Shown here: positions 54,501 to 64,000 of the stretch, in pieces | Layout: the number at the start of each line of letters is the position of its first letter | How positions within the stretch are numbered: the first letter of the stretch is position 1 | NCBI GenBank assembly: GCA_964247055.1 | Contig: OZ176052.1 | Coordinates: 10,912,001 to 10,976,000 of the forward strand | Direction of reading: 5' to 3' | From: Paragordius varius | Taxonomy: Eukaryota; Animalia; Nematomorpha | DNA: 64,000 bases | The notes under the pieces: generated by a model | Databases searched by the model: none | The model's input: the letters and a program-made list of their open reading frames with translations, nothing else | Told to the model about the DNA's origin: nothing | Translations under genes and position numbers: made by a program

Positions 54501-56215
54501 AATAACGCAAACTTTATCTGAATATGTATAACATAGAATTTGGAAGGAGAAAGCCTATAAAATTATGTATTATCATAAATTTTTGCATAAATTAAAAACT
54601 TGAGTGCGAGGATTAAAACTATATTAAACCTTAATATCCGTTTTTATTGGATATAAATAATTATCAAATATTATGTTAATTCAATCGACATATTCACAAT
54701 ATGGTGTTTGTTTATTGATTTTTATAAAATATTACTTGTATAAAATAATAAAATAGTGACTTAAGTAATAGGAAAAGACCAGTACAGTTGGGTATAATTT
54801 TAAATTAATTTACCATCCGAATTACATTATAGAAAGATATGGTTATTTCTATTTTTGTCAGAACTCAAAATATTCGCGATTAAATGGTACAATAAGCGGC
54901 ATAATGTTACTTTGGACACTGCCTCAGCCCATATTTTCTCTCCTAATGTACCCTTTTATATGTCTTTAAAGTCAAACTTAAGAAATTTGTTATACCAATT
55001 CACATATTACACACAAAATTAGTTTAAAAAAAGCCTGGCAATCACTTTTACCATTTCATAGGTCAATGGTCGCAAGCGTTCTAATACTAATCACACAAGC
55101 TCTGATGATATAAAACAAAATGAATCCCAAAACGCCAAAAATAGCAATAATGAAAAAAGTGACGAGGAATCTATGGAGGAACAAGATACGGAAACAAATG
55201 CCATTACTGAAATCCTTGATTCTAAAGACTTTAAAAATTATCAGGTTCCAGTTTGGGCTTGCTTGCTTCTTATGTTTGGATATTTGATCCTGGGATCCAT
55301 TTCCTTCTCTTTCTGGGAGGGTTGGGATGCTGTGACAAGCTTCTACTTTTGTTTCATAACACTCAGTACTATAGGTATAAATTTGTCAAAATTTGTTAGT
55401 ATGTAAAATTGAACCTTAAATTATATCTCTAATTCAACCTAAAACACCTTAAGTCATCTTTTGAAAACTTTACACCCTTTACTTAATTTTATTCGGCACT
55501 TCGAAGTAAATTGTTTTTGCTTAGAATATAATGTAATCTGGATTAATATATGAGAAATAGATCACAAATATGGGTTTTTATGGCTAATCATAAACAATAT
55601 TTAGCTGATCCAATATATTTAAATTACAACCCCTTTTTAATAATTTCATTATTTATATCTAATTTTGCCCATTTTCGAATAAAAACCGCCCTTAAAAGAT
55701 TTTTTGATAAAAACTATTTGCCTATATGAGTTTTATTTCTTATTTAAATCCTAAAAAAAATCGGCGAGATTATACTATCATTTAGAGATAATAATTTTAT
55801 CAAATAAAACTTTTAAACCTACAGAATATAATAATAAAGTCTTAAAACAATATCTGCGCCTAATTGTCATTACCTTTATAAAATTATATATGTGTATATA
55901 GTCAAATATTACGCATGATTAAGTAATTTCAAAAGAAAGCAAATTTTGTAAATCAAGGAGGCATAAACTTTTTTTCATGCAAAAAAGAGGGAATGACATA
56001 TCAAAAAATTTAATATTTAAAACTTATTATCGATAGGATTTGGTGATATAGTACCGGGAGCAGACTTATTCAGTGTTAATGCAATCGAAAAACTACTTTT
56101 TGTCGCATTCTATATCATATTTGGCATGGCGCTAGTTTCAATGTGTTTCACCCTTATGCAACAAACCATCATTAAAACGTTAAAGGAATGGGGCACAAAA
56201 TTAGGATTATGGTAA
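51523..56215 (+). CDS. Two-pore-domain (K2P, TWK-like) potassium channel with long N-terminal extension, 5 exons
   Basis: M1 SHIGVLLLLFFYTIAGALIFQKIE; P1 WSFAGAILYCVTVITTIG|YG; M2 LGRMLTVFYAIIGIPL; M3/P2 WEGWDAVTSFYFCFITLSTIG|FGDIVPG; M4 YIIFGMALVSMCFTLMQ; stop at 56213-56215. First ATG is 51523; an upstream exon cannot be excluded. Confidence 0.92.
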
Positions 56216-56446
56216 AATGAGCAAAAAAACCTAAACCGTGCAATATATAATGATGCATTTTTGCGCGCATTTATAATATCTTTAGTATGTATATGAAATT
56301 ATTTGTTACGATCGTATATACCAATAAATAATTATAATATTTAATTTATTTTTATATATGTTTTAATATAATCAAATAAATAATATCTTTTAACAAATTC
56401 GCTGACAATAATTTTGAGGTGTGTAAATCTATATTACAAAAACTGA

Positions 56447-59400
56447 CTACAATTCTACATTATTATTAAGTTTTTGACCATTCCACATTTTCTCCAAACC
56501 ATTAACAAATCGTTCGAAATGGGTTGTGTATGGTAGCAAACTGGTTGTTTCATAACCTAACAGATAATTTGTTTTACAGCAAAAGAAAAAATATCGACAA
56601 AAGTTAAAGTTTTTTTATAAACACTAGCAATTTAAATTAGTAGATAACTCTTTAATCTACATGTAATACGGGTTGTTCAAAATAAATTTCATATTTAACT
56701 CATTAATTACATTAATAACTTAAGCTATATATTGCGGATTTATTTTAACATTTACTTAACATATAAAATCTTATCGTTCTGAACTTTAGCAATAATGTTT
56801 TTTTTACTTTTTAATTTTTTGCGCGGAAGATCATCAGAGATATTGTCGTCGTTATTTAAAGCAACTTTTTGATCACCCAATAATTCATCACATAATTGTC
56901 TACGACACGTAAAATATACAGATTATATTATTGCAAATAAATTTCTTCATAATTTTTCTAATACAGGCAAAAAGTAGAAGATTGCATTAATTTCAGAACT
57001 TAACAATGTTTTTCGATCTTTCATGTAACTTAAACAATGAGATTAGAGCTGTTAAATACGAGGTTGTAAATATTAAGTATATTAATCCATATAAAAAAAC
57101 TCTAATTAAATTGACTTTAGAGAAATAATACTAAAAATATGATTGGCTCTATAAAATTATAAGTGCTTTTATTTTAAAAAACCTTAGACTTTTGCTTAAA
57201 TATAATTAATATAGTTAAGATTCAATAATAAATATGTCCAATTGATTTCCCAATAGTATTTACCAATAATAAAAACGACATTAAAAGAAACCTGATGGTA
57301 GGTACTTTAAATGGATCAAAATCATCAATTGTGTCTGGATCTATTGGCACAGAGACTCGCCCTAAAAGAGTGTTAGATAGAAAATAGATATTCCAGGATA
57401 ATTAGCGAAACATTTAAAATATATTAAAAAAAATTAAGCTGGAATGCGTACAAATATAAAAAATATATATTTTAATTTTCGACTTTTATAGTAAAGTCTT
57501 TATCGAAAATACTATAAAAGTCGAAAATTAAAATATATATTTTTTATATTTGTACGCATTTCAGCTTAATTTTTTTTAAATAAATTTCATAAATACAATG
57601 CGTAATTCTCTCAATTTTAACATTTAAAATATGGTTTTTAAAATAACAAAATGGAACCCAAAACACTATATAATAATAGAAGTAGAGATGATTTTGGCCT
57701 ATAAATGCATTTATGACCGAAATTATAACAGTAGTTGCCAAAAATTTATTCATATGATATTCAATCAGTATAAAACGGTATATATTATCACACTCAAAAC
57801 CAATTTGATTAGTTAAATTCAATTAATTTTATTTATTTGCAACTTATATTTGTTTGTTTATTGAGAATGGCTGCATTCATAAGCAATCAAAACCATTTTT
57901 TCGACATGTCAAAACTCAAGCTAAGAAATTTTTTTAATTGTGGTTCAGAAATTTAAAAATCTCACCTGTTTTAGGGTGCACACTAAATGGACTTTTTAAC
58001 AAATGATTCATGCCTGTCGTAACATGGACATCCAATCTAGGGTAACAAAATTGAAGCATTATTTCTTGACGACAACGCTGCGATTTCGCAAATTTATTCT
58101 AAAAACAAAAACAGAATATTTTTTGTTGAAAGTGTATTTTATTATTAAGGTGTTATGGATCATATTTAATTTAAAAATGTGCACCAACCACAAAAATGCG
58201 TCATCTTGCATAATATACATTACATTATTGATAAATAACCTTTAATTAATTATTATTTTTTCAACTGAAAAATAATACAAATTTGACAATACTTTGCTCG
58301 TTTCTCGGGACACAATTTTACTCATTAGGTTCCATTTATCGATGGAATCTGCAGTGATGGGCAAGCTTTCTATTTCTTTTTCAATCATTTTTCTCAAATG
58401 TGTTTGATATTTTAGGGTTAAGGATAAACATAATGTAAAGTTAAAATTAATGAAAAATATGAATTAATTGCAAAACAAAAAGGATATCGATATCTGGTAT
58501 GATTGATAAGACTTGTTGGCAACCCCTTTCATCACTCATAATGCACTGATCAATTAACATTAACTTCTCATAATCTTCTTTAATAATATTGAATGCACGG
58601 CTAACAAAAAAACAAAATTTAAAAAAAAACTTTATATTGATACACAATGTATGATAGTATATGCAAAAAGGAACCCCTTAAAACGAAAATTGCGTAAAAA
58701 AGTGTTATAAATATACGCGATCGATGGATGTACTGGGTCTTCTAAATCAACTTTCCGTGCCATATTTTCACCACCCTAAATAATTGTATTATTGAATGAT
58801 TTATAAACAAATAAAAATCCTACAGCAAATATTCATACAATATTTTTTTTTTAGAAATGATTATTATAAAAAAGTTAGCGTGGTTCCTGACTATAAAAAA
58901 TTAATTAAAAATTGGTTAAATAATTTGCTTTTCCTCTAACGACGTGCAATAAATATTTACAACTTAATAACTATTCATAAAAAAGGGACTGGAACCGAAA
59001 CCATAAGCCTTTAACGTTTTTAAGTTTTCATATCATTATTAATATTATTTTTGGATTTTATTTGAATTGTATCTAAATTGTAGATATATGATAAAAAAAA
59101 TAGGACTGAATTTTCCACTATGAAAAATCAACTGAACCTGAACCATTATATTTGGAACCGTTTTTTTGTAAAAAATATGTGCAAAAAAGATAAAAAATTA
59201 ACATATAAAACAGGTTCCGGTTATCTTTGGCTATTTTTCAAAAAATAGGGCATACTTAAACTAGAAATATTACCAAAATTAGAGCATTTGATTCGGAACC
59301 AATTTTTTATGTAACTAAACAGACAAAAAAATATATCGGAAAACAGGTTTGGGTTCCAATCCCTGGTTAAATAGTTCCTTGAAGCAAAAAAATTAAAATA

Positions 59401-60411
59401 TACCACAACAACACTCAAATATTCAGCTATGGCTGAACGGACATCCTTTTCAAGTTTGCGGGCAGTTTCATCACAAACCCAGCAATGTATACCCCGTCGA
59501 CCAGAAAATACCCAAAGTATATGTTCAAATCCAAAATCTTCTGCACGTATGTTTTTAAAAAATATGAATTAATTCAAATTTATTAAAAAAATAAGCTAAT
59601 TTTTATGGTTGTGGTATCGATCGAAATCGGGTTTGTAGAGTAAAAAATAAAATTGTAAGGATAAAACGTAAAAAGTAAAATATTTTTTATAAACACATTC
59701 AACTTTTTAAAACTTAATTTATTTAATGTAACGTATCTTTTTAGGTTGCAAAAAATAAGATGTAAATTGGTAACAGGCTTAATTATATATTCCACTATTG
59801 CTATCATAAAAGTTATATAGATAAATCAAGTTTTAAACAAGTATGGCTGTCTTGATAAAAAAGTCTAGAATACTTTTTAGCGTGTAATATAATTAACGCC
59901 AATGGTTTTATCGATTAATTTACCTCTAAGTGCAGCGTCTAAAATTTTAACTGCAAGTGACATCAAAGGCCAACATTTTGAACAAACGTCGGCTTCCCTG
60001 TATTTATTAAAAAATAGAACTTGCAACATCTCCTAACATCATCATAATCGGTAATGTCAATATCAAATACTAATTCCCGATGAACCGGATAAAATTTGTT
60101 TATGGTGAGCCTATCTTTTGGCTAAAACATAAATGAGAAATTACTCGAAAATTATAAACAGCACCTATATCTATTTTATTTGGTATTTTAAGTGCTATGG
60201 CTTCTTCCAATTCTTGTTGACTTGCGAATGATAGGTATCGAATGTAAACATCGTTTTTGATTGTAAATGAGAATTCACGAAATTTAAAATAATTTTTATC
60301 GGCTAAAATTTAATCAAACATATTACTTTCCCCGTAACTTAACCATCGATAATACAAATCAAATGGAAACAATTTTTTGTAATATATAGGGAGGTTTATG
60401 TTATTTTCCAT
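56447..60411 (-). CDS. PRIM1: DNA primase small (catalytic) subunit, about 12 exons
   Basis: Motifs [147 protein letters not shown]. The last exon end is tentative. Confidence 0.96.
57424..57579. repeat. Near-perfect 70-bp inverted repeat with 16-nt loop, in a PRIM1 intron
   Basis: Arms 57424-57493 and 57510-57579 pair with one G-T mismatch. Confidence 0.95.
58400..58487 (-). other. PRIM1: U12-type (minor spliceosome) AT-AC intron, 88 nt, in PRIM1
   Basis: 5' site ATATCCTTTT, branch site TCCTTAAC (58417-58424) 17 nt before a terminal AC. Removal gives in-frame [15 protein letters not shown]. No in-frame GT-AG alternative was found. Confidence 0.9.
58984..59365. mobile_element. hAT-like MITE rich in GGAACC/GGTTCC motifs, in a PRIM1 intron
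   Basis: Termini agggactggaacc / ggttccaatccctg; no clear TSD. Related motif clusters occur near 31800-32200 and 39750-40250. Confidence 0.55.
59998..60326 (-). other. PRIM1: Three ultra-short GT-AG introns at the PRIM1 5' end: 60303-60326 (24 nt), 60122-60144 (23 nt), 59998-60020 (23 nt)
   Basis: Removal restores YNFR|PKDR and RRCCK|EADVCSKCW. The 24-nt intron contains an in-frame TAA; the other two frameshift if retained. Confidence 0.92.
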
Positions 60412-60419
60412 TTTTAAAT

Positions 60420-60432
60420 TTCAAAAATTGCG
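60420..60432 (-). promoter_or_regulatory. CDE/CHR-like element (CGC-AATT-TTTGAA) 8 nt upstream of the PRIM1 ATG, in the PRIM1-GLYCTK divergent gap
   Basis: The - strand reads gaacgccgc aatt tttgaa atttaaaa ATG. Confidence 0.5.
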
Positions 60433-60456
60433 GCGTTCAGGTGGTTTATGCGATGT

Positions 60457-63360
60457 ATGGATAAAGGGGTGGTTTTCAAATTGGTTTACGAAAACGCGAT
60501 AAATTCAATAAATGGATGTAATTTGATACAAAATTGTGTTAAGGTCCATCCAAATAAGATATTAATTAAGGATTACGTTAACAGTAATGTGTTAAATTTT
60601 ATATTAGCAATCAATGGACCTGTATTTGTTTGTGGGTTTGGAAAAGCAGTCTATCATATGGCTTATTCCTTGGAAAAGATTTTATCTTCTTATATCAAGC
60701 AAGGGATAATTAGTGTACCTTTTGGCACTTTAGCTTTGAATAAGTATATTTTTATTTGAATGTTTTAATTTATCTATTTAATAGTGTTCTTCCATAGTCG
60801 CATAATCAATATTAACAATTATATTATAAGATTACTCTTTAATATAATATAGCAAAACATAAATATGATATATTTTTTACAATTTTATACGTTAAATCAT
60901 GGATTTTATATGGGAATAATACTGCGTTTTTTACCTATCTTTATTTTCATCATCATCAGATCGTTGTTTGTTCAGCATGATCAGCTTCCAAATTCTTGAG
61001 CGAACCTTGCGATCCAGACAGTCGTCTTTGGTCAATTGAGTTAAGTTTGAGTCATAATAAATTATTTTGTAACTAATCACAGTTCTCAGCTGACCTACAT
61101 ATATTTTATATCGATCTATATTTTCATTTTATTTTTAGGACCAAAAAACTACAAATTATTAAGGCTTATGAAGGCGCACTCAACAACATACCAGATAATT
61201 CCTCGTTAGAAACTACCCAAAAAATTTTAACCATGTTAGGTTCAATTCCTCCACATTCCCTTTTAATTGTCTTAGTTTCAGGGGGAGGGTCAGCCCTGCT
61301 ATGTTCACCTAAAATACTGCTTTCTGATTATCTTAAAATCTGTAAGGAATTAGCTTCTCATGGTGCAACTATTCAAGAACTAAATTGTGTCCGCATTGCT
61401 CTTTCCACAGTTAAGGGAGGCAAATTATTGTTAAATCATCTCACCAACCCCAATATAGAGGTCACTGATTTTATTATGTTTTAGTTGATAAAATATTTGT
61501 AATTTCGTTATCTGGGTCATTTTTTTATATGTTGCACATTAATTAATAGAACAAAATAACGAATTACCAATACTCTTTAATAATGGATAACATTAAGGCT
61601 TTTTTACAGTTAAATATATATTGGACGATAGCAGTTTAATAATTTTATTTTATATCGTAGTTAGTAGTTTTAGAAGTAAATAGATGCTGGGCCTGTCAGT
61701 TAATTCTTACATATTTAGGTAAAGTCTTAGTACACATTGTGCACTTGCTGAATAATTTAATTAGTTACCTGCGGTGGTTTATGTAATGGGTCCATATCAT
61801 CACTATAAATAAATAAACATTTTTGATGTGTTTTTTATGAATCATTTTTTGATAAATATTATTTTTCATCTTTAGGTAGTAATTTCAGGTGCTACTTAAT
61901 TACCATTAGTTCTTTACTTTAAATTAAAGTTAATACCTTTAAGATCAAGCATTTGGGTTATATGGTTTAAAACTAATTTAATATTCTGACAAATGGCAGC
62001 TTTTTCTAATTTTATTAAATGTAAAACATTATTAAATATAATTCTATATAATATAGGTTGTATCGCTTATAATCTCTGATATTATTGGGGACCCTATTCA
62101 ATATATAGCTAGTGGACCAACCATAATTCGGGATATTAATAATAACCCCATTGAGTATTCAACGTTGAATGCTTACAAAATTCTTGAAAAATATAATCTA
62201 ATAAAGTGCTTAACTGGAGATGTGCACGCAATATTGGGTAATTTTAATTATTTTTAAAACGAATCGAAATATATATAATATTAAATAGTTGTATTAAGTA
62301 TTAGATTTAGATTTTCTTATATTTTTTATTTTATATTAAAATTGTTTTAGGTCCTAACGATGATGATATGAAAATAAAGAATATAAATACTCAAAATATT
62401 CATAATTATATAATCGGAAGTAATGTTACAATGTTAAATGCTGTGTACCATTATATAAATAAGACTATGATAAACGAATTTTATGCCCTACCACCCATTT
62501 CAGATATAATATGCGGTGAGGCTTTTATGTTTGGCAAATATTTGGCTAATTTAGCAATCTATTTAACCTTGATGCAAATTCAAAACGGGAAAAATGTATC
62601 ACCGCATTATACTGATGATTGGCTTAGTGAATTTCAAAAATCATGTGCAAATTATTTGGGAAAAGGGTGCCTTGAAAATATTATTGAGCAAATTTTGCAG
62701 CTTCATAGCCAAAAATCAGTGCAATATATTGCCCTTTTATTTGGGGGCGAAACAACAGTTAACTTGAAGCAAAAACCTTACCTTTTTGTTGATACCAAAG
62801 ATTCAAATAATAACGAAATGGATGATCAAAACTGTGATAATGAAGATGAAATCTATAAAAATTTACAATCAATAGATTTTTTCATAGATGTTGATAATCA
62901 TATCCAAGTAGACGTAGCTCTAAATAGAGAATCCAAACATTCCGATATTATTATAAATAAAAAACCATTAGGTGGTAGAAATCAAGAAATTGTCCTCACA
63001 TTCCTTATACAATACATTTCCATGCAAAAATATTTTGACAATTATAAAACCAATAATTGTAGCACCAAAATCCAACACTCCGCACTTTTTAGTTTTGGGA
63101 GTGATGGTCAAGATGGACCCACTGATGCAGGTGGAGCATTCATTACCTTTAATCAATTTAATGATACTCAAAAAAATCAAACTCAAATTTGTACCAAAGA
63201 TATCCCAAAAATTTTAAATTATGCGCAATTTTTTTTATCAAAACATGATTCTTATACATTTTTTAATGTTTTTGCTGGTGGGAAATACCACTTTAAACCT
63301 GGTTTAAGTGGTACTAATGTGATGGACATGCAAATATTACTCATTCCATTTATTATTTGA
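60457..63360 (+). CDS. GLYCTK: Glycerate kinase (GLYCTK/MOFRL family), 4 exons
   Basis: Exons 60457-60743, 61139-61460, 62057-62237 and 62351-63360 join in frame. Motifs VCGFGKAV, GIISVP, YEGALNNIPD, VSGGGSALL, ELNCVRIALSTVKGGKL, SLIISDIIGDP...IASGPT, GGETTV, GGRNQE, SDGQDGPTDAGGA, SGTNVMD. An alternative ATG is at 60448. Confidence 0.94.
60945..61060 (-). mobile_element. Short 3'-end remnant of an RTE-like LINE in GLYCTK intron 1
   Basis: The - strand reads ...DDCLDR.. then tggaag (W-K in a shifted frame) and a (TGA)n tail (tgatgatgatga), typical of RTE 3' ends. Confidence 0.45.
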
Positions 63361-63890
63361 AAAAATGCCATAATATGTGTGCAAAATATTTTAGAGTATT
63401 ATTATATTTAATTTTTTGGGTAAATATTGTGAAACAGTTATAACAATTAATTTTAATTTGATGTATCTATTATTGGTAAACTCATTTTTAATTATATGTT
63501 CCCGGTCTTTATGTAATAATAAATGTTTAGCTTATTTTCATTTATTTTTAGGCAATGTAAAATTTTTGATATTTCCTTCAACCCGGGCCCAATGCTTTAA
63601 TTAATCGTTTTGTTTCTGACATAATTGATAACAAAGTTTTTTTTCGTTTAAGCTACATGACCATATTTTATTGTAATGGCTGTTTTTGAATAACATATTT
63701 TAAAACTGCTCTCTCATGTGTGGTTGTGTTGTGAAAAAGATGATTTACGTTGATAAAATTTCTTTCATAAATTAAGGTATAAATTTGGTGAAAAAAATTA
63801 ATTAGTCATTTATCATCCTCTTTATGCGGTTTTCATTGGTGTATGTGTTATAAGAGCATTGCAGAATATGGATTTCTAAATTTTTAGCAG

Positions 63891-63938
63891 GCTGTGCATA
63901 AAGTCGCAGGCCCGTGCGCCGCGTGTTGAACACCCCTG
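63891..63938. mobile_element. Tiny GC-rich hAT/Charlie-like remnant
   Basis: Ends in gttgaacacccctg (reverse complement caggggtgttcaac, a hAT-type TIR). Flanked by tttagcag and attagcag, a candidate 8-bp TSD. Confidence 0.35.
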
Positions 63939-64000
63939 ATTAGCAGAACTAGCCCATTTTTCGAATGGAAAAAAATGCGGCTTACGGACCCTGCATCTAA

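Noticed and set aside
1-64000. tRNA, rRNA, snRNA, CRISPR array, prokaryotic operons or alternative genetic code
   Set aside because: None recognised by eye. All reconstructed genes read in the standard code with spliceosomal introns. A covariance-model search would be needed to exclude small ncRNAs.

Overview
Very AT-rich, intron-containing animal genomic DNA, most likely a protostome invertebrate; the taxon cannot be fixed from this window. I reconstructed eight protein-coding genes by hand across exons: a carbohydrate sulfotransferase (5' end outside the window), intronless GPN3, a 28-exon SMC4 (5588-24189, -), a 3-Ig lachesin/DIP-like cell-surface protein, MFSD14/HIAT1, a TWK-type two-pore K+ channel, PRIM1 and GLYCTK. 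PRIM1 is largely invisible in the ORF track. Introns and intergenic DNA contain decayed RTE/RTE-X retrotransposons, a mariner fossil and several MITE/foldback families. The most unusual signal is in splicing. In SMC4, MFSD14 and PRIM1 the first three introns are only 22-29 nt, and the reading frame requires their removal. Every later intron in those genes is 63 nt to 3.2 kb. PRIM1 also carries a consensus AT-AC U12-type intron. SMC4 and PRIM1 share a CGC-N4-TTTGAA (CDE/CHR-like) motif just upstream of the ATG, and PRIM1 and GLYCTK are head-to-head with only 36-45 nt between start codons. All exon structures are manual predictions without RNA evidence.
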